NCBI GenBank assembly: GCA_026023565.1 | Contig: JAPETS010000019.1 | Coordinates: forward strand, 186,001 to 250,000 | Direction: 5' to 3' | DNA from: Cirrosporium novae-zelandiae | Lineage: Eukaryota | DNA length: 64,000 nt | In this document: in pieces, positions 11,789 through 25,144 of the stretch | Numbering within the stretch: position 1 is the first letter of the stretch | Layout: every line of letters begins with the position of its first letter | Program-made: the position numbers and the translations under genes | The notes under the pieces: model-generated | What the model was told of the DNA's origin: nothing | The model's database searches: none | What the model saw: only the letters and a program-made list of their open reading frames with translations

Positions 11789-13841
11789 GCAAGGCCCATC
11801 GAAAAAGAATATTCGAGGCCTAGAGATAGACCTGAGGTTTTCAGACGACGTCGAGGGCCTGGCGGGAGGTTATAACGATCGACTGGTTGAGTTAGAGGTA
11901 GAAGGGGTATTTGGTCTTAAGGGAGTGTTACTAGATTGTTTTATAACAAAACTTGAATACGGGGCGGCGCACCTGCTCTGTTTATCCACAACATTGTGTA
12001 GGGGTCTTTGAGCTTCTGGTATACACGTTGTTCTATATATTAGATCCTGAAGCAGAAGAAATTGTTCGCGTTCAGCCGCTCCTCGCTAACCAGAACTCAC
12101 GTTTGAGTTGACAAGAGCAGCGAATGTTTAATCTCATACTTGTGCCTAGGACACAAGAAAAATAAACCTGGGTCAACTTCATTACGAAAGCATGGGTAGT
12201 GAATAATGCTTTCCAGATCTAAGGAATTTTTCTGTGCCAACCTAGGGAATAGGTAGATTGGTTGAAATAAAACGCCGTATTAATTATATTCTATTTGCCT
12301 ATCGTTTTCTAACTAAAATGATAGGTAGCGACAAAGCTCTTTCAAAAGCAAAGCTACCTGCCAGCACATTTATCTCATGTACCCAGGATTTCACAACGAT
12401 AATTGACATAATTTGTTAATAACGGAGCTATAAAGGGTAGGAATAGCATTGACTGTACTATTATCCCAAAGGGTATAAGAAATTCTTCCATCTCTGGCCA
12501 AGCCCTCGTGAGTAAAGTAACAATCTTCGCTGTACCATCCCAGACCAACACTTGTGCACCAGATTCGGGTGCGACTCTGACCATGTTGTCCCAGTACGAA
12601 TCGCCGCAACAGTAGCCTCGTGAAATCAATGCGAGTGGTGCTACTAGAAGCCACATAGAGGCGGTCATTCTAGCGATAAATGGTATGTGAAGGTTGGGTT
12701 CAATCTAAAACATGTATAAAAATCAGGATAAAATCGATTTAGGTTTCTACCCTTACAAATATAAAACAGAAAAGATGGAAGGCACAGACTACCGTCTCAC
12801 GCATGTCCAAGGGCCCATAGAGATGAATAATCTGTTCCATGTTCAGGAGTAGCAAAAGTATTACTGTAAAGTCTACCCAATCCATAGTGAAGAGGATTGT
12901 AGATGATGATAATAATCGAGTATGTGGAAGTTGACTGGACTGTGAGAAGCAGTGAATGGTGTTTTTATCTACGTACATAGTGAGAAGCTTGAGACCACTT
13001 GCCGTGCTGCATAGCTCGTTCGTCCTTCCATAAGAAGAGTACTTGGACGTATTGGAAATTCCCAACCGTGCCTACCACTTTTAAAACTTCAACTTGCAGT
13101 TTACTGAGGCTCAAGAGCACTGCAAACGTATTTGCGGGGGGGGTGCCGATAATCGTGTGACTAGTTGTATGCCTCCATGGCTCGGGGTGCCTAGTTAACT
13201 ATAATAGTTAATTAAGGTGGACGGTGGCGAATATATACATTAAGCTGCTTGTTATCCACCTTGGGTACCTATCCATAAAACACATCCACAAACTGCGAGT
13301 AGAACAAAATTGAGTGGGTTGATGAACAAGCGGCGTAAAAGGGTTATTAATTATTTGTTTTGCTGAGGCATTGTTAGGTCTGGAGAGTCTTCTGGTCTAC
13401 CATCGTAGGACCTGCTGTAATATCTCGGTTGACAGCTATATCTTCTATGACTTAATTCGCCCGCAGATTGCCATCTTCAACAATCTAATCACATTCACAG
13501 CTGGATGTTTAGGTTCGAAACCAAAACTCTTTCACAGGAGATAAATATGTAGATGAGTAAGTAAACAGTAGATAGAAGTTGTAAATAGATAATTAAAAGC
13601 GAATAGATGGGTTAATAATACCTGAATATTTATTTTTCAAATACCTAGGTACCTAGGTAGCAAAGATCTACTTCTCAGTGTAAACGCACGAGCAGTGGGG
13701 GCCGGGGCGTGTCCGAAACATTTCTCGTCAGTTGATACAGCTGCGTAACTCAATATCATAACACCACAACACTACAACACCACAATATCCCAACATCACA
13801 ACATCAACTAGCCCATCACCCTCTCTACACAACCACCCAAT

Positions 13842-15201
13842 ATGAGTTTATTCCCAGGATCGGGTGGGAATACAGGTGAGTAACGTACGCGTGTCTTTTT
13901 TATGAATCTTATGACAGGCTGTCATGAGGGATGCATTGCTGTCTTCTAGTCTCTTATTAGATCACCTATTCAACCACTCCATTCAACATACATTAATCAT
14001 TTGGCTGCTTAATTCGCGATTCTAGTAGAAGCCCTAATAACATGTTTATATTCATTTAGCACCACAGGCTACCAATTCTAGGCCATTTTCGTTTGGAAAT
14101 TCTCCTAGGCCACCAAGTTCAACGCCACAGACTACCAGTAACAATTTCTCGTTTACAAGTCATTCTAGCAATGGCTTTCTTGCATCCTCAGTTCCTGCTG
14201 GGCCACCACGCCCCGAATCTGATGCTACCTCAGAGGCTTCCAAGGGTTCGATCTTCAGCCCCCCGATATTCAAGAGTACCTTAGGTCCTCCAACTGCTAC
14301 GCCTGTGCAAGTATCGGGGTCAGGAAATAAGACAAAGCCGAGCATTGATCATACGAAAGAAGATGCTTCAGCAGCCAGGTATATCCTATGTTCATATATA
14401 GTATGAATGATGTTTCTCCTCTCAAAGCTTCCCCAAATCTGATCCCACCTTAACTAAATTGAAATGACAGAGTTTGTAGCTAGTAATCACGTTCTCGTTA
14501 TTCGACTTTATCGAGTATAGTATTTTTTTATATACTGACTATTCGATAGGGTTGATGACTTCTTGAGTCCAATTATCACTCTAGTTGTGGGGGAAGAGCA
14601 AAAGAAAATGACGGCCCACCAGAGTTTGCTCTATCGAAAGTCGGGATTTTTTGCTGCAGCACTTTCGGGAAACTTTCGTGAATCTAAGGAAGACCTTATT
14701 AAACTACCAGAAGATGATCCTGAGCTCATAAAACTACTCCTCCATTGGATGTACACCGGGAAAATATTACCAATCGATAAGAGGACCTGGAAGATCATGT
14801 TCGATCTAATGGTACTCACAGATAAATACGACATCTCCGAATTTGCGCAGGACTTAATTTGGCCAATATTAAATCTATTCAGTACAATTCGACTATCGAT
14901 GAAGGAAAAAGATATCGCACATACTTACTATGCCTTGCCGCCAACCTGCGGGTTTAGAACAACGCTAGTCGCCTTCTTCATAGCCACTTTCCAGCATCAA
15001 GGTATCTATAAGTCTATGTTGAAGATTGTCACGGATAAAGACTTCTTTGGAGAAGCAACTCTGATCTTGCTGAAATGGAAGAGTGGTAATGCCGTGTTGA
15101 AAGAAATTCTGGATAAAGGGGAATCCTCAGCCCAGGACCTTCTTAAGCGAGATATGTGGTATTCGCAACAGGACGAGATTCTGGGGGTTAAATTCATATA
15201 G
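13842..15201 (+). CDS. BTB/POZ-domain protein 1 with Ser/Pro/Phe-rich (FG-like) N-terminus
   Basis: Exons 13842-13875, 14060-14378 and 14550-15201 splice in frame. BTB motifs ITLVVGEEQKKMTAHQSLL..KSGFFAAALSGNFRES..IKLPEDDP..LLHWMYTG..LTDKYDI. Confidence 0.85.
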
Positions 15202-15743
15202 GGGCTAGGAGTTATCATTAGAGAGTACATACTTACTTTCGTACTCATAAGGAGCGTTACAGCATTCGAGTTTTCCAAGGCAAGAGTTCCCATGGATGTT
15301 TATTCCACTAGATGGTCTGTTTTGTACACTAGAGGCTGCTGCTGCATTACCTAACGGGCTCAAGGGCTCTCTTGACAAGAAATCCGTATATCAGCATTTA
15401 GGGAAAGAGCGTACAAGAAAATTATACAGCCTCGTATATATTTAAATGAATTTAGTAGTACATCCACCCTTGATCTACCGCAAGCATTAACTAAAGAAGT
15501 GAATTTAGCTATACACTTACTTGACAACTCTTTATCGCTTTACTCTCTTCTACCTCCCATTCACGATAAGAGGGATTCGAATCAGCGACGAGGATATCAA
15601 ATTCAGGTATGCATCTCTTTTGCTATAGTTCTCACTGGATCCTCTCTTGAGTACCTTAGTGAAGCAAGCCAAGTCGATATAGACTAAGAGATGCTATAGT
15701 TAGCCACACCACTGACCCAGTACCTTCAGCAATTGCTGAAGTT

Positions 15744-16507
15744 ATGGATTCTCTAATCTTAACCGATACGCAAAGGTCGGGCGCTATGAATAGACTTCGC
15801 GAAAAGGAATCGCACGAGATAAGGTACACTACATCATCTAGCCTATTTCTAATTATGAACGAGTCCATTCACCATTTCTCAGATTTCATGATTACACCAG
15901 CCCAGTGGTCACCTTGATCGGGAGAAATGAGCAGAAAAAATTCAACATCCATCGAAGCCTGCTTTGCAGCCACTCTAAGTTCTTCAAAGAAGCATTCTCA
16001 GGCAACTTCAAAGAATCCGCCGAAAATACAATCCGCCTTCCAGAAAACCCCATCTTGATAGAAAGCCTTGTCCGCTGGATGTACACTACACTAGGCACCC
16101 AAGACCTAAGCTGGGAGATCCTACTGGGCCTCATAGTGATCTCAGACAAGTATCTTATCGACACCCTCCTAGACTGGGCAGCAAGGCGAATCCTATTAGA
16201 ATTTACCAAAAAGGAGAGGGACGTTCTGCCCATGGACGACATAGGAGACGCCTACAACAAGCTACCATGCTCCAATTCATTTCGAAGCACGCTGGTCGCA
16301 TTGTGGGTTGTAGAATACGACTCGCTTGCTGCCCTAGACGAAATGCTGAGGTACGTGAATCAGGAGTTTTTAAAAGAGGCGATTATGATTCTTCGTCGTT
16401 GGAGTATCGATGAGATTTGCTTGTCGATTGCGAATGCTGCAAATAATTTTGGTACTGACGAGGAGGAGTATGTTCTTCGGCCGGGGTTTTGGTATTCTTC
16501 TACATAA
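15744..16507 (+). CDS. BTB/POZ-domain protein 2
   Basis: Exon 15744-15823, intron 15824..15882, BTB exon FNIHRSLLCSHSKFFKEAFSGNFKESAENTIRLPE..VRWMYT..ISDKYLI; visibly paralogous to the upstream gene. Confidence 0.85.
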
Positions 16508-16612
16508 TCATCATCAGCACACGTCCCGTTTTTTTTTTTTTTTTTGGTGACGGTTAACTGTTCTGTTCACGGGTTTACTGTAAAAGGTCAAGGAGCGGTT
16601 TAAAACTGAAAG

Positions 16613-17048
16613 GCAGCATAGCATGAGCGCCAAAAAGATGGGAAAATAAGCAAGGTTTTCCTGAATAATTAACCTCCCATGAGCCAGCGTAGCACTTTTA
16701 TAGGACCCAAAAAAGAAACTAAAAGGCAAGATTATACTGTACTTTGGTACTTTCGACAGATAGAAATGAAAGCGACCAGACCTCAAAAAAACGAACCTAG
16801 AAAAATGACCTTGGGGAGATCTTCAAACACAATCAATTTTCAATAATTCAACTGAAGGCCTCCTTAAGGTCAGTCATATTATTCTAGTTCCATCTTTGGG
16901 CCTGGTCGCTTTCATTTCTACAGTATCCGTCAAAAGTAACTAGGTTACTGAGGAATTAATAGACTAGTTCCATATTTTCATATTCCCCTTCCCCCCCCCC
17001 AAAAAAAACGTCAAGTCCCAAAGAAATTCTAGTGCTTTGCTATGCTGC
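16613..17048. mobile_element. Degenerate foldback/MITE-like element with nested inverted repeats
   Basis: Perfect 19-bp inverted repeat TAGAAATGAAAGCGACCAG (16761-16779) / CTGGTCGCTTTCATTTCTA (16902-16920) inside longer imperfect arms. Outer inverted pair GCAGCATAGCA (16613-16623) / TGCTATGCTGC (17038-17048) has nearly the same centre. True ends uncertain. Confidence 0.6.
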
Positions 17049-17907
17049 ATTTATATTTTATACTTAGTTTACACTTTTTCTTACCCCCTATTATAGCAGA
17101 AAAGTACGTACTATACCCTAAGTACCTACTCAGTATCCTCAGTAGATATATAGATAGATAGATAGACTCTAAACCCATGGCAGTAAAGAGTAGAGAAGAA
17201 TAGAATAGAGTAGAAATCGCTAAGCTCTCACTAACTAATTAAACCCCGGAATGATTCTTCGAAGGCACGAAAGGTACGGTTACCTTACTTTACCAGGTGC
17301 CTACCTTACCGACCGACCGTACGTAAACTCTAGGGAAATAAATTAAATTAAAGTAGGGCTTTTGTTTTTGTTTTCTGCATTTTGCCTTTCCGATTGCTAT
17401 GTGTGGATGAGGATGTGGATGTGTAGCTATATCTACTAATGAAGCAAACAAAAAAAAACAAATTATCTTCTAATAAGCTAACAAGTTTATGTTAAGAAGA
17501 TTTGGTGATGTTGGATCCCACTAGGTAGGTAGGATTTATATGGACGTGGTGGTGATGGTGATGGTGATGGAATATATAGGAGTTGGTTAGTTAGGTCTTT
17601 ATCGCTGAGGAAATGTTGGTATTGAGACTTGAGATTTGAGTTTTGGTATTGGTATTAGTATTTGTATTGGAGTGGGAAAAACTGGTTGGATTTACATCGG
17701 GGGAAATTCCTTCAATAGGTATTGTTTTTTCTCTCTTCAGAATCAGAAGTATAAAACTCCTAAAAAATAAAGCTCTATGATTTCTATATTTATATCTATA
17801 TCTACATCCAACCCCCTTAATTAATTTCCCCCTGAAACACCACAGTTTCCTGATAATATTTACAGAAGAAAATTTCTCTCGAATTCTCGTAATAAGGTTA
17901 CACCCCT

Positions 17908-19054
17908 CTAGTTTTTCTTGAGAGTATAGCCTGCGGCAGCATCAATAGCAGAAGCAGAAGCCTGCGCGCCACTTGCGAGGGAAACAGTAGGGAGCCATCC
18001 CTGGACATTAACATCGGTTCCGGTGACGGCGATAGCATCGGCGGTGCTGTTGACGCCCACGGTGATATATCCAACCAATCCGTCTTCGAGAGAGTCGCCT
18101 AGCATGGCGGTGGAAACCATGGCGGAGTAGCCGTCGGCGTTGGCAACGCTCATGAGGGAGTCTTCGGAGTTGGTGGTGCGGTTGAGGGTGGATAGGTGGG
18201 CCTTGTAGGGGCTGAGCTCGTATACCTTGTTGATCAGGCTCTCCTGGAAGAAAATCTGCCCGACATGCTGGACTGAGGCGTTGGAGTAGCTGGTGTCGGT
18301 TCCGGAGACGTTGGTCTGCACGGTAACATGGATGTGGGTCTGGGGTGGGGGGTTAGCTTATTCTTCTGGTTATTGCTTGGGATGATGTTCTTACTGTGCG
18401 GGAGGCGTAGTATCCGGGGAATATGGTCAGGAATTCTGTCATACCATCGGTGTCGGTTTTGGAGATTCCTCTAAGGAAGGTGGTGTCGTCGGTGGTGCCG
18501 TCTGAGCGCTGAGTCCAGCCGTCCAGGACGGAGACGGTGTTCGGATCGATGCCGGTGTAAGAAGCATAGGTGCCAGTGGCATTGCAGGACCAAATGGACA
18601 ACCAAGCGTTTGGCAGTGGCTCACAAGTCTCGGTGTCAATCACACCAAAATCAAGGTAAAGGTCGACCCCTTTCGAGTCTTCCCTCACATCATGACGGTG
18701 TAGCTCTCCATCCACTCCATACGGTCCAAAGATGGTATCGGGTGCCAAAACGCAGGTGGTGTTTTGGATGGTGGAGTAGACATTGCGGTCAATGAGGTTG
18801 TTGCGAGCTGCGATGGCTCCCTTTTCTTCACCCATAGCTTCGAGGCGACGCTTGTAGAGGGCTTCTCGACGCTTCGTGAGAGTGGCTTCACGGCGCGCAG
18901 AGATCTGGGCGGCGCATTTGGAGCTGGAACTGGGGGCACGGGTGTTAAGTTGTCGCCTGGGGTGGTTGTGGTTGTGGTTGTGTAGTTCAGGATGAGCAGC
19001 AACCATGGACACAGCAGCAGCAATGCTGAGAATGGTGGGGAGAGAGAAATGCAT
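17908..19054 (-). CDS. Secreted (extracellular) intradiol ring-cleavage dioxygenase-like protein
   Basis: Signal peptide MHFSLPTILSIAAAVSMVAA; CVLAPDTIFGPY; DTETCEPL..WSCNATGTY; FLRG; TIFPGYYASRT|intron|THIH (2 Tyr + 2 His iron-ligand pattern retained); HVGQIFF. Confidence 0.9.
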
Positions 19055-19584
19055 CTTGAACAGGTTTAGTTTTGGGGATGGTTAATAATCCGAAAATGAG
19101 GATTTGAGTGGAGATTGATAGTAGAACAGATAAAACTGAGTTGAGAGGAGAGTTTGTTTGTTTGATGGAGAGGAATGATCTGCTGAATAGGAAACACTAT
19201 CAGTATTTAAGCCAGGCTCTCATCTTTTCTCAACCCTAGATACCCTCAGATATTGATAGGGATTTAGATATAAGAAACCCAGCCAGGGTCCGAAAGTTTA
19301 ATGGATGACGCGGCTGGAAACCATACTAATGAAGTATTGGATATGTCGATCTCCCGGAAACCTGGAAAATACCTTTTTCAACCGACCAACTGGAGCTTGG
19401 GAATTAGCAATGCGTCAAGGCTATCCTGTGTAGGGTATCTCCCAAAATGGAAATGTGGAGCGGGGGTCTCTAATCCAAGGTTTGGATATCAATGCCTGGA
19501 TTATAGCCAACTAGTGACGCGGTCTTCATTGATAGAACACCAATAGGTCTTCCCACGACCACTCATTTGAATATCTTAGCCAGT

Positions 19585-19620
19585 GTGATAGATGTGATAG
19601 ATGTGATAGATGTGATAGAT
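19585..19620. repeat. (GTGATAGAT)x4 tandem repeat, each unit containing an HGATAR site
   Basis: Four exact 9-bp copies about 530 bp upstream of the dioxygenase ATG. Confidence 0.85.
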
Positions 19621-20746
19621 GGCACAGAAGATAAGGCATTCCCAATGCAGTAACCCGGATACTAATATTTATATTTCAAGTTATCAACGAGGAAGGTTTT
19701 TCATCAGCCTCATATCTCGAGGACAGGGATATTTCATAACAAGGTTATATTCTGGAAAAACGTAGAACAAAAACAGGAATGATTCATTAGGTGTGGAGAC
19801 CAGGGAACCCACTCTCAAAAAAAACCTGAGGAACGGTGTGTGTCAACAATTAGCAGGCGGATTTGTTATCTGAATAGGCCCAAGGTCAATTGGCTGAAAC
19901 ATCAAGTATATCCGTCAAACACGTCGAGGGAGAGGCCTGTCAGTAATCTACCGAGGAAGACTGGGGGAAGAAGCTTAGTTTAGTACAATGCATGACGCGT
20001 AAAAAAATGTATAACTATAGGGCATTGCTTATTTCAGACAATCAATGTCGATGGAGTCGCTCTCTCAACGTTTTGCCAGTAGACTCGGGGAGGCGGAGCG
20101 GGGACCCGCAGAAACGCCGTTATGAAAGCTATCTAGAAAATGATGGTGGTGATAGAAATTGGGTTCTTGGCAAGGAGAGGACATACGTATGAGTACGTAT
20201 GCTTAAGCCCCACCTATTAGAAAGAAAAATAAAGATTTCCTAGGAATTGAGGAATACTCCCTTTCGTATACAAGTTGGCTAATGGTTGCATAATTCATCA
20301 TGGTCTTGATTATTGTCGTGATGGTTTTCTGCCCTGGAGGCTGAAATAATTTTTAATTTTTAGTGTTTAGCTGCAGTTAACCTTGTGCATGCTGCTAACC
20401 CTATCCAGGCTTGCCTAGCCACACTAATCCTATTCTGGGAATAGCCAACGTCTCAAACTCAAAACACTAAACTCCCGTTTTTCCCTCCGCTATTGGTCCA
20501 ATTGCACTTCAAACTCATAGCTCGGAGAGAAGGTGAACCTTACTGAATTACCATTAGCTGGCTCCAGAGCCAACGCAACATTCTAAATGTTTCTCCCATA
20601 GTTACTGACCTGCGAATCATGAAGACAAGAGCCAAATGAGAATTGCCAGCTTCCCCAGCGACCAACATGATTATCGTGAGAAAGCCATTGGACCGTTATC
20701 CTTGTTCTATTTGATTTAAGTTACCAGTCATAACGGCAATATAGCC

Positions 20747-21625
20747 ATGTCCGTCTTGCTCAGTCCATCCAAGAGGAAGCGTTCAAACCTATCGGGTGAA
20801 CACCAGACCGTGGTTACAAAAAGGGTAAAAACTGATGGTGATTCAATTGCGAGATGTTTTCGGTATGGTATCCACATTCCTGTCTGAGACCAACCACTGA
20901 CAAACCACGGCAGTGATGATTATTCTTCAGTGCCGTTTACTCTGCTTGTAGGACCTGAACCTCGTCGTGAAGGTGAGAGGCGCTTCTATGTCCACGAAAA
21001 CATCCTCCGTCGTCGTTCATCCTTCTTCTGCGCAGCTTGTGACGGCCCTTTCCAGCAAGGTCAAGAAAAAACCATTCACCTTCCTGATGCTAAACCAACC
21101 ACCATCGCCCATTTGATTTATTGGCTTTATAATAGTCGTTTACCATATGCTCAGTTTGCCAAAGACTTTTTGCCTTGGTCCACGCTTGTTGAGTTGTGGG
21201 TAGCTGCTCACCGATACGATATTAAAGAACTTCGAAGGGATGTTTTACTAGCTCTCATAGACAAGAGAACAGATGCCTCTAATCATGATGATGAAAATGA
21301 TGATGAAGAGCCCTTGGAACGCCCACCAACCGAAGTATTGGTCTGGGGTTTCAACCAGGCTCCGGCAGATAGTCTCTTCCGTGATATTATGGTCTTCTTA
21401 TGTTTGGTATACATGAGAGAGGGTAAAGTTAGTCAACTTGAGGAATTGGATGATACAAATCTCATGAACGAACGATTCGTCAGACAGTTTTCAAAACACC
21501 TCATCTACTGGCAAGGGCTGGAGTTTGGAGGGGATCGTGTCCTCAGCTTGTATCGAGCTGATGCTGATGCACTCCGCGACTATCCTACCGTTGGGCCGAA
21601 CAAGAAAGATGACGATTCTGATTGA
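20747..21625 (+). CDS. BTB/POZ-domain protein 3 with N-terminal NLS-like exon
   Basis: Exon 20747-20862 (MSVLLSPSKRKRSN...TKRVKT), intron 20863..20913, BTB exon FTLLVG..FYVHENILRRRSSFF..F..GQEKTIHLPD..LIYWLY..WVAAHRYDI. Confidence 0.85.
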
Positions 21626-22757
21626 ATGTGAGCTGCAGGCAGACAATCTGTCGTGGATTTGGGATATTTAGGAATTGGGAAGGCTGCTGGAGTTCTGGTG
21701 GGATCTGTCAACCCCTCTTTGGTCGAATTTGTCTTTCCATTTCTCCGTAAATACGGGATGTTTGTTGGTCGGGCCGGTGCTTGGATGTTATCATGACTTC
21801 ATGAGAAATACTAACGAGGTAATATCAGTACACCACTACGTTTATACCTTGAGGGATCAATCGGTGTGTATATGATCTAATTCATGTTTGCGGGGGTTGT
21901 ATAATGAATTGGACGATATGACAGCTATACCTTCAACAGGCAGGAGGAATGGGAATATCTAGAAAAAATAGATGGTCAGGATACTTGGGGGTACATGTAT
22001 ATTCAAAGGATTCCGGTTTCGGAATGGCTTCAATAATTCTAGATAGGATTTGACTTACACTATACAGTATTGGTTGGGTTATTAGCTGGTTATTAGCTGG
22101 TTATCCGGCATCGGACTATAAATTTTGAATGTCAAGTTAAGTCAAGCACTACAAGTTGAATACCAAGACTGTGGGGTAAGCTTATCCGCCCAGCCATTCA
22201 GCCACCCACAACAGCCCAATGCGTCATCTCAATCGAATCTTCCTCGGTTTGTGAAAGATCCGAGTTGTTACTTTCCTCTAATTGAATTTACATAGATTCA
22301 AGGACCTTGTGTACTCTACTGTAAGACTTCTATCCGGTGCTTACCGCCATCCTTTGCCGGTCCTCTGTGTGGCCCCAGCGACAAATGGTGTGGAGGAAGC
22401 ATGGGGATGACTTTAGCTGCAGCATCTTGCGAAGCACGGGGATCTACCACCATCTAAAAGGCACCCAAAATTCCTGATTTGTGTTGAGACATCATGCCAT
22501 TCTTTTTTTTATCCGTTCCAATGCAACGTTGAAAAGACCTGCTTGCTCCACCGAAGTAAAAAATAAAAAAAAACCACCTGATTGAACCCTTGACTGGTGT
22601 TCAACAACGCCCTAACATATTAGCCGGCCCGTCTTTTTGTCAATTCTATTTCTAAGTCTCAACGGCGCACGCTACTATTTCAGCGCATCGAAGCCTTCTA
22701 GAAGATCTTCCCGCAACCAGCCGTCCTAAGCTATCACCTGAGCTTTCGACTTGAGTC

Positions 22758-24561
22758 ATGGCGACCAATATCAACCCACACGATCACGACCGGCCCATTG
22801 CTGAGGTGGACAATAAAATAGATCCGGTCCGCTGCGATCCAGAGAAAGACCTCGAAACACTTGAAATTGGAGATTCTCAGATTGCCCCTAGACCACGAAT
22901 TGATCCCATGTCTGAACAAAGGGTTGTAAGGAAGTTGGATTGGAGGATACCTCCTCTGGTCGCAGCACTGTGTATGTCGAATACCCGCTGTCAATTGTCC
23001 AGACAAAAAACTTATTAGTCGTTTACAGATCTTCTCTCATTCCTGGACCGATCAAATATTGGGTGAGCTCGCAACCTGGTGATATTTATTTCCATCCCTC
23101 AGAAATCTAATGCAATTGGCTGTAGAAATGCAGAAATCGCGGGAATGAAAGAGGATCTCAACCTCCACGGCGATCGCTACGAGTGGCTCTTGACCATATT
23201 CTATATCTCATACATCATTTTTGAACCGTTGGTCTTGATGTTTAAGATTCTTCCTCCTTCCTATTGGGCCACCTTTGTGGTGTTCGGCTGGTACGGTTTC
23301 CATCTTATTTTTGATTTTCCTAACCTAATTATTTTTCTAGGGGTCTAATTGCAACACTTCAGTGTGTAGTGCAGTCATGGGAAGGAGAAATGGTCTGCCG
23401 ATTCTTTCTTGGCGCTGTCGAAGCTGGCTTCGGTCCTGGAATCCCATACCTATTGTCATTCTTCTATCTTCGGCATGAGCTCGGTTTCCGGATTGCTCTC
23501 TTCCTCTCCGCGGCACCTCTAGCTAGTACCTTTGCTGGTGCTTTAGCATACGGTATCACTTCTGGGCATTCACACCTGGCCAATTGGAGACTTCTCTTTT
23601 TGGTCGAAGGACTACCGACCATAGTCATGGCGCCTGTGGCCTTCTTCTTTCTTCCGAACAAGCCCGAGGATGCTCGATTTTTGAATGAGGAGGAAAAGGA
23701 GATTGCGCAAGCTAGAGGAGTTAGGCAGGTGGGAGATGCAGTAAGAATAGGAGGTATCGTGTGGAAAGATATTGGACTCACGTTCCTAGACGCTAAAGCT
23801 TGGTTTACTGCGGTATGCTGTCAAAACTTTGGGATATAACTTACAAAACTAACCTTCTCTAGCTCATGTATTTCAGCTGTAATGTTAGCTTTTCTTCCCT
23901 CCCTGTATTTCTACCCACGATTATCGAAGAAATGGGCTTCACCTCGGTCCAGGCACAAGGGTTGTCAGCTCCACCATATTTCATCTCTTTTATGATTACC
24001 ATATTTTCCGCCTGGGTTGCCGATCGAACCCAACAGAGAGGCCTGACGATTATCTCGCTTTCAATAATGGGTGCTGTGGGCTATGTTCTCCTTGCCAGCT
24101 GTACCACCATCGGAGTGCGTTATTTTGGAGTATTCCTCGCTGCCGCCGGAGTATTTCCTGCTATTGCAAATATTCTTCCATGGGTTCTCAGTAAGCCAAG
24201 GACATCGAGAAATCTCTAGAAAAACATAGCTAATGACGCCGTAGATAATCAAGGAAGCGATACTCGTCGTGGAGCTGGGATCATGATCCTGAATCTGATT
24301 GGTCAATGTGGCCCATTGCTTGGTACGCGAATGTTTCCGGATAGACAAGCCCCTCGTTATATCGAGGGCATGTGGGTTTGCGCTGCCTTTATGTTCTTCA
24401 ACAGTATTCTTTCTCTGGCGCTTCGGACACTTCTTATGTGGGAGAACAAAAAACTTGACGAGAAGTATGGCCCTCGCTGGATATCAAACAAAGAATCGAC
24501 TAGCAAGGAGCACGATGCGGCCGAAGAGAACTATGGGCCGAACTACAGATTTATCTTGTGA
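22758..24561 (+). CDS. MFS transporter, anion:cation symporter (Dal5/Tna1-like) family
   Basis: Six exons: RKLDWRIPPL..LSFLDRSNIGNAEIAGMKEDL; RFFLGAVEAGFGPG..LSFFYLRHELGFRIALF; WRLLFLVEGLPT; AQGLSAPPY; NQGSDTRRG; C-terminal NYRFIL. Confidence 0.92.
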
Positions 24562-25144
24562 TTGTATGTCATATAGAGAAGTGGCTAGAGCGATTTTGGG
24601 GGCCTGTGTGCAATATTCACAGTACTGGGCTATCACGATTTACCGTTCATCAGCCACGAGGAGCATTGACTAGGGGTAATTTTGAGGAAGCCTTCCAACA
24701 ACAATGTCAAAAATTCAATTTCATGCAGCCAAACTTCAGTTGCCACTCGGATGTCGTATAGAACAAGCGTTTTCAAGACTCTGTATGGTCTTTCCATTCA
24801 ATATTTCGTAGGGCTTACCTTCATCAGGTCTCCGGAGCTAATAGTTCGTCTCAGTTTCCTAGGTTTTCACTGGAACACCATCGAACTTGACTTGAGGTCT
24901 TTGTTTGTATATGGTCATGCGGCAGGTCTGGACAATCGTGGCATCTCGGGGCATAAAAAGGGACCTATTCTCCCTTTTCTCTTTCTAGAATACTTCTAGG
25001 TCAACATCCACTGTCTTCTTAACCGGTCAACAAATCCTAATATTTCCCAGACAGTTGTGGACATTGTAAAGCGACGCCTATCCAGCCTTTGGATCTCTAT
25101 ATCAGAAATACTCCCCGACAACAAAGAGCCATCAATCTTTTAAG

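Noticed and set aside
12375..13065. Short ORFs in the 12-13 kb intergenic region
   Set aside because: No consistent splice model or recognisable motif.
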